Source of the DNA: an uncultured Acidobacteriota bacterium
GTDB lineage: Bacteria > Acidobacteriota > Thermoanaerobaculia > Gp7-AA8
DNA length: 64,000 nucleotides
NCBI GenBank assembly: GCA_963822445.1
Contig: CAWGHO010000001.1
Location: 1,518,226 to 1,582,225, forward strand
Reading direction: 5' to 3'
The translations under genes were made by a program, and so were the position numbers. The notes beneath the pieces are model-generated. The model was given only the letters and a program-made list of their open reading frames with translations. It did no database searches and had not been told where the DNA came from. Positions 39,194-49,208 of this stretch are shown here, piece after piece (position 1 is the stretch's first letter; the number at the start of each line of letters is the position of its first letter).

Positions 39194-40241
39194 GTGCGAA
39201 AGGCTCTCGTTTTCCTCGCGTTTCTGATGGCCGCGACCGTACATGCGGAGACGACCTTCGTCTCTCCGCTGCAGGGTTCCCAGGCCCTCGGGCCGACGGT
39301 CCTGGAAGTCACGACGACCGCGTCGAACGTGGACCGCGTCGAGTTCTCCGTCGATGGCGTGCTGGCCGGTGTCGCGCGGACCAAGCCGTATCGCGTGGCC
39401 TTCGATTTCGGGACGTCGCTCAACACGCGCAACGATCACGGCGAAGGTGTGGTCGAACGGCTACAAGACTTCCGAGGTTGCGACGATCACCACCGCGGCC
39501 CTGAGCGCGAACGACAGCCTGACCATCGACCTCGTCGAGATTCCGATCCGCCTGCGGTCGGCGAAAGTAGTGAAAGCCGCCGACCTGCGCGTTCGCGAGA
39601 ACGGCGTGGAGCAGGAGATTCGCGACGTGCGGCAGGAGCGTCCGCCCGCGCACTTTGCGTTCGTCGTCGACCGCTCGCTGAGCATGGGCGGCGGCAAGCT
39701 CGAAGCCGCGTTGCGCGCGATTCAAACCGCCACGCGCCAGCTTCGCGCCGGCGACACGGCCTCGGTCGTGCTCTTCAACCACCACGTGGCGAAAGCGCAG
39801 CCGATCGAAGCCGTCCGGACGCTGAAACTGGTTCCCTCGGGCGGCACATCGCTGCGCGACGCGCTGGCATCCGTCGACACGAAGAAGCGGACGTACGCGT
39901 TCGTGATCACCGACGGCGGCGATCGCAACAGCCAGCTCACCGACGAGCAGGCCCTGCGCAGGATCAGCGGCACGCGCACCGTCGTCAACGCGATCGTCCT
40001 CGGCGACTCCCACGCGAAGTTTCTCGACCGCGCGGCGAAGAACACCGGCGGCAGCGTCGTGTCGGCGACGAAAGACTCCGTTGCGCGCGAGCTCGGACGG
40101 CTGCTGACGGACATCAACAGCCGTTACCTGGTCATCTATCAAAGCGCCGGCACGAAGCGCGGCTGGCGCACGCTCGATGTGACCCCGCGGCGCCGCGATG
40201 TGGAGATCGTTGCGTCGCGGAAGGGGTACTTCGCGGAATGA
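39194..40241 (+). CDS. Exported Ig-like + VWA domain protein, frameshift near 39430
   Basis: Signal peptide VRKALVFLAFLMAATVHA; VDRVEFSVDG Ig-like segment; MIDAS DRSLSM, T (GGTSLRDAL), TDGGD. Confidence 0.82.
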
Positions 40242-41650
40242 GGCGCTTTCTCGCGGTTCTCGTTCTCGCAGTGCCGATGCTCGCCCAGCAGCCGCGGCTC
40301 GCGTCCGACTTCGAGATTGCGCAGATGGAGAAGCAGCTCGCGAATGCGCGTGGATTCGAAGCGCAGCTTTCGGCGCGCTTGAATCTCGGCGATGCGCGCG
40401 CGGCCCGCAACGAGCGTTCGCTGGCGGCGACGGAGTACGCGAAGGCGCTGGATCTCGCGACGCGCGAGCGTCTGGCGGCGCGACGCGAATCGAGCATGAC
40501 CCGCTACGCGATCGCCACCTCGTACGCGGCGCTGGCGCAGGGGAAGCTCGGCCGCGACGCGGAAGCCTTCGCGCTGCTCGAAGAATCCGTGCGCTACACG
40601 AGTGACGATCCGGAAACGTGGAACCTCTACGCCTCGGCCATGCGCAGCCTCGGACACCCGCGCAAGGCCGTTGCCGCAGCGCGCAATGCGGTGGCGATCG
40701 CGAAGCCGGAGAAGAGACTCGATCTCGCGATCTACCAGCATTCCCTGGCGTCGATGCTCGTCGAGGCGAATGAGCTCGACGAAGCGGAGCGCCTGCTCGT
40801 GACGGTGACGCAGTCGCTCGAGTCGCCGGCATTCGACGCCTTGAAACGCGAAGTCGCGCGCGGGGAGTCGTTCGAGGTGTATTCGTCGGCGCGCGGGGAC
40901 GTCGCGGCGTATGTCTCGCTATTGAACCGCGCCCAGTTGCGGCTGGCGTCGTTGTACGAGCGCCGCGGCGCGACGGCGAAGGCGCGCGAGCAGTACGAGC
41001 GGGTGCTGGCCTCGCGTACGGATGACGCGACGGCGCTGGCCGGATTGGCGCGTCTGGCGGGATCGGACGCGGAACGCGAGCGGCGGTATGCCGAGGCGTT
41101 CGAGGCGAACCCGTTTTCGATGACGCTGGTGCGGGAGTACCAGCGGTATTTGCGCACTGTCATCCCGAGCGAAGTCGAGGGACCCGGCGGCGTGGGTGGC
41201 TCGGTTCGTCTTGCGTTGGTGCACATGGCTCGCGGCAACACCCGCGCGGCACGCAACACTCTCGATGACCTCATCACCCGTTTCCCCGAAAACGAAACCC
41301 TGCGCACGCTCCGCCGCGAAGCCGAACAGAAACCGGCCGCGCTTCCCAGCGCGAACCCGACGAAAAACGAGCTGCGCGCTTTGCTCGACGGCTTCGAGCA
41401 GCTCACGCCCGAACAGCGCGTCTCGCTCGATTCGCTTGCCTTCACCAGCGCCGCGAAGTTCAACAGAAGCGAAGTCGCGAACGGCCAGACCATTCTCGAG
41501 AAGGGCACGATCGAGGGAGTCCCGTTCCGCTTCGCAACGCCGATGGCCTTCACCGGCGAGTTCGACACCTCGCAACCGTTGCAGCTCACGTATCGCATCG
41601 CCGGCGTGTCCGGCGACGCGCTGCTGCTCGAACCGGAGTCGGTGCGATGA
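40238..41650 (+). CDS. Exported TPR-repeat protein
   Basis: ATG at 40238, MRRFLAVLVLAVPMLA signal peptide; helical repeats with TPR-like A/L/Y spacing. Confidence 0.78.
   Translation: MRRFLAVLVLAVPMLAQQPRLASDFEIAQMEKQLANARGFEAQLSARLNLGDARAARNERSLAATEYAKALDLATRERLAARRESSMTRYAIATSYAALAQGKLGRDAEAFALLEESVRYTSDDPETWNLYASAMRSLGHPRKAVAAARNAVAIAKPEKRLDLAIYQHSLASMLVEANELDEAERLLVTVTQSLESPAFDALKREVARGESFEVYSSARGDVAAYVSLLNRAQLRLASLYERRGATAKAREQYERVLASRTDDATALAGLARLAGSDAERERRYAEAFEANPFSMTLVREYQRYLRTVIPSEVEGPGGVGGSVRLALVHMARGNTRAARNTLDDLITRFPENETLRTLRREAEQKPAALPSANPTKNELRALLDGFEQLTPEQRVSLDSLAFTSAAKFNRSEVANGQTILEKGTIEGVPFRFATPMAFTGEFDTSQPLQLTYRIAGVSGDALLLEPESVR
41158..41200 (+). repeat. REP-like palindrome fragment in frame inside the TPR gene
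   Basis: tgtcatcccgagcgaagtcgagggacc, similar to the arms at 25828/25938; translates as VIPSEVEGPGGVGG. Confidence 0.6.
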
Positions 41651-42654
41651 AGCGGCTCGCGCTGATCCTGCTCCTGGCAACACCTACCTTCGCGCAGGTC
41701 CTCACCGACACGTCCCGCGGCGTCGTCGTCGCCCATGCCGGCCGCGTGCGGCTCGAAGGGGGATGGGATGTCGAGGGCGTTCGCGAAGCAACGGAGATCG
41801 CTGCGTCGAACGATCGAGTGGTCGTCCTCGATGCCCTGCACGATCAGGCCGTCGTCATCGAGATCGCCAATGGCCGCACGACGCGCGTCACCACCGGCGC
41901 GACGCCGATCGCCGCCGCATTCGTCGGACGCGACCTGTACATCCTCTCCCGCGACGCCCGCCAACTGCGGCGACTCGGCGGTCCCGCGATCGCGCTCGAG
42001 GCCGACCCGGCCTTCCTCGCCGTCGCCAGTCAGAAGCTGTACGTCTACTCGCGCACCACGGGAGTCGTCGAAGAGATTCACAACGATCGCGTCACGCGCC
42101 GCGTCCGCATCGCGCCATTTGCCTCCGACTTCGAAGCCGACGGCAAGACCGCCTACCTCGCCTATCCGCGCGAATCCCGCGTTCGAACGATCGATCTCGC
42201 GGCGATGAAACCGGGGGAAGCCATCGACGTCGGCGCGGTTCCGGTCGACATCGCCCTGACCGGTGGCGGCACCGCGCTCACCGCGCGCGTCCTGGCAGTG
42301 GCGGACCCCTCGGCGAAACGGATCTGGCTGACCGAGGGGCGGCAATCGATGACCAAAGCGGTCGCTCGGGGATTTCTTCGCGGAGTCCTCGGCCTCGGCC
42401 TCTACGGCAGCCGTTCGTCGCAGTTCCCGACGGGCGTCGATCGCGTCCTGGCCCGCGGTTCCCGCTGGATCGCCTACGACTCCAGCAGCGGCACCCTCTA
42501 CCGCGTCACCAGGCAGCAGAGCTCGGTCATCGCCAAAGGCATTGCGCCGAAAGGATTTACGCTCACCGCGGGCGGCGTCGCGTTTTGGCAGAACGGCCGC
42601 GTCCAGACCGTCCGGACAAGCGGCACCTCGGTTGCACAAACCAGGCGTCGATGA
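41647..42654 (+). CDS. Exported beta-propeller-like (YncE-type) protein
   Basis: Signal peptide; repeated TGATPIAA, LEADPAFLAV and VGAVPVDIAL blade-like motifs. Confidence 0.7.
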   Translation: MKRLALILLLATPTFAQVLTDTSRGVVVAHAGRVRLEGGWDVEGVREATEIAASNDRVVVLDALHDQAVVIEIANGRTTRVTTGATPIAAAFVGRDLYILSRDARQLRRLGGPAIALEADPAFLAVASQKLYVYSRTTGVVEEIHNDRVTRRVRIAPFASDFEADGKTAYLAYPRESRVRTIDLAAMKPGEAIDVGAVPVDIALTGGGTALTARVLAVADPSAKRIWLTEGRQSMTKAVARGFLRGVLGLGLYGSRSSQFPTGVDRVLARGSRWIAYDSSSGTLYRVTRQQSSVIAKGIAPKGFTLTAGGVAFWQNGRVQTVRTSGTSVAQTRRR

Positions 42655-43556
42655 GCGAAAGAAGACCGTGTATCCGATGCGATCGGGCCATCGACGCCTG
42701 GTCGAAGCTCTGCCCCTTCTGCAACTGGGATCAGAACAACCCGAATCTGCCCCGTGAAACCGCCCCGCGTCAGATGGCCGCCGAAGGTCCTCCGCCGGAC
42801 GACCTCAAGGAGCAGATCAAACGCAAAGGCCTCTTTGCCGGGATCGGCGTGCTGATTCTCATTGCCTCGTTTCTCGTGGGCATGGTCATCAACAGCGACG
42901 ACACACCGGACGATGCGCCGCTGCCGGTGACCGAGCAGGAGCAGAAAGCCATCCCGCCGGTGAAGCGCGCCGACACGCCTCTCGTGCCGACGAATGAGCG
43001 CGGCGGAATCGAACAGCCGATTACCAGCGCGCCTGTCGCGTCGGTTCCGACGGGCACGTCCGACGGTTACGACCGCAGCGATGCGACCGCGGTTTCCTCG
43101 GAGGAGTACAACCAGCTCGCCAAGCGCGCGAAGGCGGAGAAAGAGCGGATGTCCGCGCTCGTCGATCCGCGCTCGCTCAGCGGAGCGGCGTACGCGCAGG
43201 GCGGACGTCCGCCCGCGCCGCGCGGACTTCCATCGGATCTGCAGCAAGGGTCACCAGCGGAGCAGCAGGCATCAGCGGCCGAGCCGCAACGCGCGCGCGC
43301 ACGACGCTCGGTTCGCACGCGACCGGTTCCCCAATATCAGCCGCTGCCGAACCTTCACGCGTCGGGCACGGCCCGCCTCACGCTCATCATCGGATCCGAT
43401 GGCCGCGTGCGCGACGTGAACATCGAGCGCGCGCTCAGCCGCAACACCGCGGACCTCGTTTCGGCGGTGCAGAAGTGGCGCTTCAAGCCGGCCACGGAAG
43501 ACGGCGAGCCGATCGCGGCGCCTTACAGCGTTGACATATCATTCGGTGGCCAATGA
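42651..43556 (+). CDS. Zinc ribbon - TM - Pro-rich linker - TonB C-terminal domain protein
   Basis: CIRC...CPFC; TM GLFAGIGVLILIASFLVGMVI; GTARLTLIIGSDGRVRDV...AVQKWRFKPA..DGEP. Confidence 0.85.
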   Translation: MSERRPCIRCDRAIDAWSKLCPFCNWDQNNPNLPRETAPRQMAAEGPPPDDLKEQIKRKGLFAGIGVLILIASFLVGMVINSDDTPDDAPLPVTEQEQKAIPPVKRADTPLVPTNERGGIEQPITSAPVASVPTGTSDGYDRSDATAVSSEEYNQLAKRAKAEKERMSALVDPRSLSGAAYAQGGRPPAPRGLPSDLQQGSPAEQQASAAEPQRARARRSVRTRPVPQYQPLPNLHASGTARLTLIIGSDGRVRDVNIERALSRNTADLVSAVQKWRFKPATEDGEPIAAPYSVDISFGGQ

Positions 43557-44044
43557 GTGAAGGCGTTTGCGCTGCGTGCCGCCGATCGATCGACGCGGCC
43601 GCGAAACTCTGCCCCTACTGCGGCGCCAACCCCGCGACCGGCGAGCGCGTCGACACGCAGGCGATCCTCCAGGAGGTCTTCAGCCCGCGCGAGATGAGCA
43701 CGTCCGAGAGCGTGATGGAATACGCGCGTCAACGGCAGGGCGTCGTCATCACCGCCTCTGTGATCGTCGCTTTCCTCGTGCTCGCCGGCATTCATCAATT
43801 CGCCTCGATGCGGAACGCGAACGCGGTTACCGATTCGCCCGCGGTTCCGCTAACGGAGATCGCTGACTCGCCCGATCAGCAGGTCAGCAAGCCGATCCCC
43901 ATTCCCGACCTCGACTTTCAGTACGACGGCCGCCCGCAGGTGATGAGGACGTACATCGCCGAGAGAGGTGCCGTCGCGCCCGCGCCGCCGGCGCCCGCGC
44001 AGGCCCAGCCTCCCGCCCCCGCTTCCACACCGCCGTCTCGATGA
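43553..44044 (+). CDS. Zinc ribbon - TM - Pro-rich protein
   Basis: CAAC...CPYC N-terminus, one TM, Pro/Ala-rich tail. Confidence 0.8.
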   Translation: MSEGVCAACRRSIDAAAKLCPYCGANPATGERVDTQAILQEVFSPREMSTSESVMEYARQRQGVVITASVIVAFLVLAGIHQFASMRNANAVTDSPAVPLTEIADSPDQQVSKPIPIPDLDFQYDGRPQVMRTYIAERGAVAPAPPAPAQAQPPAPASTPPSR

Positions 44045-44634
44045 GCATCTGGTTCTGGGCCATCCTGATCGCCGTTGCGCTGATCGGCTGGCTGGCCGCC
44101 TACATGCTCGCGCAGAAACCGATCACCAACGCGCAGCAGCTCATTCATCAGCGCCGCTACGAAGACGCGGTGATGGAGGCACAGCGGACCGGCGATCATC
44201 AGCATCGCGCCGAGGCTTTGAAGCTGCTGGGGAAGTTCGACGAGGCCATCGACGCGTATCGCCAATCGAACGATCCATCCGCCCGCGAAGGCATTGCCCT
44301 CTCCCTCGCCCACCTCGGCCGCGATCTCCATGAAGCCCGCAAGCTGATGGAGACGCAGATTGCGCAGTTTCCGCAGATTCAGGAGTTCCAGTCGCTGGCA
44401 CTCGCCTGGATCCTGCTGCGCGCCGGCGATCGCGAGGCCGCGTTGCGGCTTTATCGCGACAACGTCGAGCTCCTCGAGACGCGCTTTCGCGACGACTACA
44501 CCGATGCCGATCCGCTGCTCAGCGAGACGCTGTTCCTGTTCTCGGAGCTGGCCGAGGCGAATGGCGAGGAGGCTCGCGCGGATTCGCTGCGGCGTCAGGC
44601 GGAGACGTGGGGTTGGCGGGCCGCCAACTTGTGA
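44041..44634 (+). CDS. Membrane-anchored TPR-like protein
   Basis: N-terminal TM; AEALKLLGKFDEAIDAY. Confidence 0.75.
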   Translation: MSIWFWAILIAVALIGWLAAYMLAQKPITNAQQLIHQRRYEDAVMEAQRTGDHQHRAEALKLLGKFDEAIDAYRQSNDPSAREGIALSLAHLGRDLHEARKLMETQIAQFPQIQEFQSLALAWILLRAGDREAALRLYRDNVELLETRFRDDYTDADPLLSETLFLFSELAEANGEEARADSLRRQAETWGWRAANL

Positions 44635-45596
44635 AACTCCCCCCGAATCCGATGCATCCCGATCGGCGCCGCGCAGGGATGAACGCGATTGGTGAGCAGC
44701 ACGAAGATCCGATCCCCATCCACCCACACCGACGTTCCCGTGAAGCCCATGTGTCCCCAGGACGCGGGCGATAACTGCGGACCGCCGGTCGCCCAGCTCA
44801 AACCGCGATCGGCAATGTGCGCCCGGGTCGCTTCCTTCACCACGTCCGGCGGGACGAGTTCGCCGCGAGCGAACCCCTGGGCAATGCGAAAGACATCCCG
44901 AGCCGTCGCGAACAACCCCGCGTTTCCGAGCGTCCCGCCGGCGTGGAAGGAGTTGCCGTCGTTCGGCTCGCCCCACATCAACCCGTCGCGGAACCCGGTG
45001 AAAGCGATGGACCGCGTCGCGCACATCCCGTACTCGAACCGCTGGCCCCACTCCGTCGCGGCAATCCGCGGCCGCAGCCACTCCGGCGGGTTGAACCAGC
45101 TGTCGCGGAGGCCGAGGGGGATGAAAATCCGCTCGCGGGCGACGGAGATGTATCCGCCATGCATCTCCACCAGCGCGTGGTACAGCAGAAAGAAGTTGAG
45201 GTCGGAGTAGGCCACGCGCGACCCCCGGGAATGCTCCGGCCCCCGCTCTTCGATCGCTTTCAGGGGATCGTCGAACGCGTACAGCGGCAGCCACGGCCGG
45301 AGCCCGCTCGAATGCGTGAGCAGCTCGCGAAAGGTGTAGCCGCGATACTCGTCCTCGAGCCGGATCTGCCCTTCGGCGACGGCCTGGAGGATCAGCGTTC
45401 CGGTAATGAGCGGCTTGGTGATGGAGGCGCAGTCGTAAATGGTGTCCGTCGACGCCGGAATGCGCACCGGGACGGCGACGGCATGTCCGTGGGCGTTTTC
45501 GCGTTCAATACCCTCGAACGATCCGATCGCGTAGCTGGCGCTGGGGAAGGACCCGACGTCGATTTCGGATCGAAGAAAATCATCGAGCTCGGACAC
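44595..45596 (-). CDS. Serine hydrolase (class C beta-lactamase / PBP family)
   Basis: ASITK (SxxK), LLTHSSGL, YSDLNF, GNAGLF, GHMGFTG, LLTNRVHP. Confidence 0.9.
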   Translation of the reverse strand: MSELDDFLRSEIDVGSFPSASYAIGSFEGIERENAHGHAVAVPVRIPASTDTIYDCASITKPLITGTLILQAVAEGQIRLEDEYRGYTFRELLTHSSGLRPWLPLYAFDDPLKAIEERGPEHSRGSRVAYSDLNFFLLYHALVEMHGGYISVARERIFIPLGLRDSWFNPPEWLRPRIAATEWGQRFEYGMCATRSIAFTGFRDGLMWGEPNDGNSFHAGGTLGNAGLFATARDVFRIAQGFARGELVPPDVVKEATRAHIADRGLSWATGGPQLSPASWGHMGFTGTSVWVDGDRIFVLLTNRVHPCAAPIGMHRIRGEFHKLAARQPHVSA

Positions 45597-45680
45597 CGGT
45601 CGATTGTGCACACAACCGCGGGCAATTCACCGGTTTTTTCCTGCTAGCATCCGCGCTCAAATCGGACCGCCAGAGATCAA

Positions 45681-48600
45681 ATGTTTCGTCTTGATAAGCT
45701 CGAAATCCACGGCTTCAAATCCTTTTACGACCCCGCCCGCCTGACCTTTCCGTCCCCGCTGACGGCCGTCGTCGGCCCGAACGGCTGCGGAAAGTCGAAC
45801 ATCTGCGACGCGCTGATCTGGGTGCTGGGAGAGAACCGCGCCTCCCACATCCGCGGCGAGACGATGGAAGACGTCATCTTCCAGGGCTCCGCCCGCCGCC
45901 GTCCCCTCTCCATGGGCGAGGTCACCCTGACCCTCGGCACGTACAACGGCGACAGCGACCATCCGATGGCGGATGACGGCAAGATCACCATCAACCGCCG
46001 GGTCTTCCGCGACGGGCAGTCGGAGTTCCGCCTCAACGGCAAACGGGTCCGGATGAAGGACATCTCCGACATCCTCATGGACACCGGCCTGGGCATCCGC
46101 AACTACTCGGTCATGGAGCAGGGCAAGATCGACCTGATCCTCTCCAACAAGCCGCAGGACCGCCGGAAGCTGATCGAAGAAGCCGCCGGCATCACCAAGT
46201 ACAAAACCAAGCGGCGCGCCGCGGAGCTGAAACTCGACGAGACCCAGCAGAACCTGCTCCGCATCGACGACACCCTCGGCGAAGTCACGCGCAACCTGAA
46301 TTCGCTCAAGCGCCAGGCCTCGAAAGCGCGCCGCCACAAAGAGCTCGCCGATCAGCTCTCGCTCGCGAAACGCGCCCTCTACAAAGGCCGCATCGTCCTG
46401 GCCCAGCTCGAGGAAGAAGGCGCGAACGCGGCTCTCGCCGACGCGCAGGGTCGCGAGTCCGAGCTCGCCGCGCAGCTCGGCACGGATGAAGCGGAGCTCG
46501 CCGAAACGCGCACGGTCCACACCGATCGCTCGCATCGCGCGTCGAAGGTCCGCGAGGAGATGGCCGGTCTGTCCGGCGAAGTGGAGCGCCTCCGCTCTTT
46601 CATGCAGCAATCCGAAACGAACCTCGGCGACCTCGTTCAGCGCATCGAAAACGGTCGCGCGCAGATCGCGACGTTCGAGCAGGAAGGCATGGAGCAGCAG
46701 GCCGCGCTCGACGAAAAAACGCAGCAGCTCGAGACGGCTCGCGGAGAGCGCAACCGCCTTCGCGACATCGCCGATCAGGTCGAGCGCGATCGCCAGGAGC
46801 GCGGCGACGCCGTTCGCCAGCATGAGAAGTCGCTCGCGGAATCGCGCGAGTCGCTGATGCGCACGATCGCCAAGATTTCCGAGGCTCGGAATCAGGTGCA
46901 TCAGATCGAGATCGCCGTCGAAAAGTGCGAGTTCTACCTGACCAAGCTCACCGAGGGTGCGCGGCGTGCGGCGGAGAGCCGCGACGGCGCACTCACGCAG
47001 ATGTACGAATGGGAACAGGCCGTGCGCGATGCCGAACAGGCGCTCGCGGCGGCACAGCAGCTCGCGCGGGAAACGCTCGACCACCGCGACGAGCTGACCT
47101 CGCGACGCGACGCTTTGCGCGAATCGCTGTCCGCTTCGCGCGATCGCGTGTCGCAGGCGACGTACAAGATCGATTCACTGCGCACGTTGCTCGTGTCGCT
47201 TGAGGCGCAGGACGAAGACGTCCGCCGCGCGATTCTCGAATTGATTCCGAACGCGACGTCCGCCGCGGAGGCCGTTCGCGCCGCGGAAGGATTCGAAGCC
47301 GCGCTGGATACCCTTCTGCGCGACATCTCGAAAGCGGTCGTCGTCGAATCGAGCAACACCGCTGCCGAAGCGATCCGTCGCTTGCGCGAGCGCGGTGCGG
47401 GCCGCGGCGCGTTCGTCACGCTCGACTTCCAGCCGACGGGTGAAGGATCACGCCGCGGCGATGCCGCGCATTCGGTCATTGGCGAAGGCCAGATCGCCAA
47501 CGCCGTCCGCCAGGCGATCCCCGAGGCGTACATCGTCGGCTCGCTCGGCGAGGCCGTGCAGCGCTCGAAGGAGCGGCCGAACGCGACGTTCGTGACGCTC
47601 GACGGCGACGTCGTTCGCGGGCCGCTGGTCATCGGCGGCAAGACCGAAGGCGCGACGCCGGGCGTCTTCTCCGTCAAGCGCGAGATCGCCGATCTCGAAT
47701 CGCTCCTCGGAACGGAAGAAACAAAAGCCAGCGGCATCGCGCTCGAGTTGCAGGCGCTCGAAGAAGAAGTTCGCACCGCCGACGACGCGCGGATCATCGC
47801 CGAAGAGCGATCCCGCACCGCGGAACAGGACCTGCGCGATCGCAAGGGTCAGCGCGAGCGGGCCGGCGCGGAGCTGCAGCGGTTCGAAAAGGACCTGCTC
47901 GTCGCGACGGAAGAGCAGACGCTTTATGCAGAGGAGAAGGAGCAGTTGCTGGCGCGGAAGCATGCGGCCATCGGCGAGCTCGATCAGCTCCAGGCGCGCG
48001 AGCAGGAGCTGCACGAGCAGATCCGCTCGCATGAAGAGCAGTTGTCCGTCGCGCGCGTGGCGTTCGAGGAGATCACCGAAGTCGCATCGAAGGCGCGCGT
48101 CGACGTGGAGACCGCGGCCGGCAACGTGAACGCGATTCAGCGCGAGCACGAGAACCTCTCCCGCATCGTGATCTCCCTCGGATCCCGCGCGACGCAGCTC
48201 ACGCAGGAAATCGAGCAGCTGTCGCGGCGGCAGCAGGAGACCGAAGTCGCCGTCGAGAACGCGCGCGGCCAGCTCGATCAGTCGCTCGGCAAGTTGCATG
48301 ACCTTTCCGAGATGCGCGTCGCGCTCGAGGCGGAAGTGGCGGACCTCGACGCGAAGGTGCAGGAGCTCGAGTCGCGCGCGATCAACTCGCGGGAGAGCTG
48401 GAACACCGCCAAAGACGCGCTCTTCGAGTCCGAGCGGCGCGTCGATCGCGCCAAATCGGCGTTCGATCTTCTGCGCGAACAGATTTCACTCGACCTGCAC
48501 GCGGGCATCGACGCGTTGGCCGAGGTCGAGCCGCCGGCTGATGATGAATCGCGGGCGTCGATCGAGAGCGAAGTCGCGAAGCTTTCCGATCAGATCGAGA

Positions 48601-49208
48601 AGATCGGCCCGGTCAACGTGCTGGCCATCGAAGAGCATCAGGAGCTGGAGACGCGCGAGTCTTTCCTGCGCACCCAGCGCGACGATCTGGTGCAGTCGAT
48701 CGAATCACTGCGTCAGACCATCCGCAAGATCAACCTGACGTCCCGCGAGCTGTTCCGCGATGCGTTCACGCACGTCAACCAGTCCTTCGGCGAGATCTTC
48801 ACGAACCTCTTCGGCGGCGGCGCCGCGCGCATGCAACTGCTCGATGAAGAGGATGTGCTGGAAAGCGGCATCGAGCTCGTCGCCCAGCCGCCCGGCAAGA
48901 AGAATCAATCCATCGCGCTGCTCTCAGGCGGCGAGCGCGCGCTCACCGCGATCGCGCTGCTCTTCGCAATCTTCAAGTACAAGCCCAGCCCGTTCTGCAT
49001 CCTCGACGAGGTCGACGCCCCGCTCGACGAGATCAACACCGAGCGTTTCGTCCGCCTGGTTCGCGATTTCTCGCGCGACACGCAGTTCATCGTGATTACC
49101 CACTCGCGCCGGACCATGGAAGCCGCCGACGTGCTGTACGGCGTGACGATGGAGGAGGCCGGCTGCTCGCGGCTGGTCAGCGTGAATTTCGCGGAGATGG
49201 AGAGCTAG
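45681..49208 (+). CDS. smc: Chromosome segregation protein SMC
   Basis: GFKSF, GPNGCGKSN, coiled coils with a hinge, LSGGE, FCILDEVDAPLD, ITH. Confidence 0.97.
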   Translation: MFRLDKLEIHGFKSFYDPARLTFPSPLTAVVGPNGCGKSNICDALIWVLGENRASHIRGETMEDVIFQGSARRRPLSMGEVTLTLGTYNGDSDHPMADDGKITINRRVFRDGQSEFRLNGKRVRMKDISDILMDTGLGIRNYSVMEQGKIDLILSNKPQDRRKLIEEAAGITKYKTKRRAAELKLDETQQNLLRIDDTLGEVTRNLNSLKRQASKARRHKELADQLSLAKRALYKGRIVLAQLEEEGANAALADAQGRESELAAQLGTDEAELAETRTVHTDRSHRASKVREEMAGLSGEVERLRSFMQQSETNLGDLVQRIENGRAQIATFEQEGMEQQAALDEKTQQLETARGERNRLRDIADQVERDRQERGDAVRQHEKSLAESRESLMRTIAKISEARNQVHQIEIAVEKCEFYLTKLTEGARRAAESRDGALTQMYEWEQAVRDAEQALAAAQQLARETLDHRDELTSRRDALRESLSASRDRVSQATYKIDSLRTLLVSLEAQDEDVRRAILELIPNATSAAEAVRAAEGFEAALDTLLRDISKAVVVESSNTAAEAIRRLRERGAGRGAFVTLDFQPTGEGSRRGDAAHSVIGEGQIANAVRQAIPEAYIVGSLGEAVQRSKERPNATFVTLDGDVVRGPLVIGGKTEGATPGVFSVKREIADLESLLGTEETKASGIALELQALEEEVRTADDARIIAEERSRTAEQDLRDRKGQRERAGAELQRFEKDLLVATEEQTLYAEEKEQLLARKHAAIGELDQLQAREQELHEQIRSHEEQLSVARVAFEEITEVASKARVDVETAAGNVNAIQREHENLSRIVISLGSRATQLTQEIEQLSRRQQETEVAVENARGQLDQSLGKLHDLSEMRVALEAEVADLDAKVQELESRAINSRESWNTAKDALFESERRVDRAKSAFDLLREQISLDLHAGIDALAEVEPPADDESRASIESEVAKLSDQIEKIGPVNVLAIEEHQELETRESFLRTQRDDLVQSIESLRQTIRKINLTSRELFRDAFTHVNQSFGEIFTNLFGGGAARMQLLDEEDVLESGIELVAQPPGKKNQSIALLSGGERALTAIALLFAIFKYKPSPFCILDEVDAPLDEINTERFVRLVRDFSRDTQFIVITHSRRTMEAADVLYGVTMEEAGCSRLVSVNFAEMES

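Noticed and set aside
38279-41650. 1123-aa ORF in the track
   Set aside because: It is a chimera of kinase antisense sequence, the VWA N-terminus, an off-frame stretch and the real TPR gene starting at 40238.
41196-43556. 786-aa ORF in the track
   Set aside because: The N-terminal part is an off-frame shadow; the real gene begins at ATG 42651.
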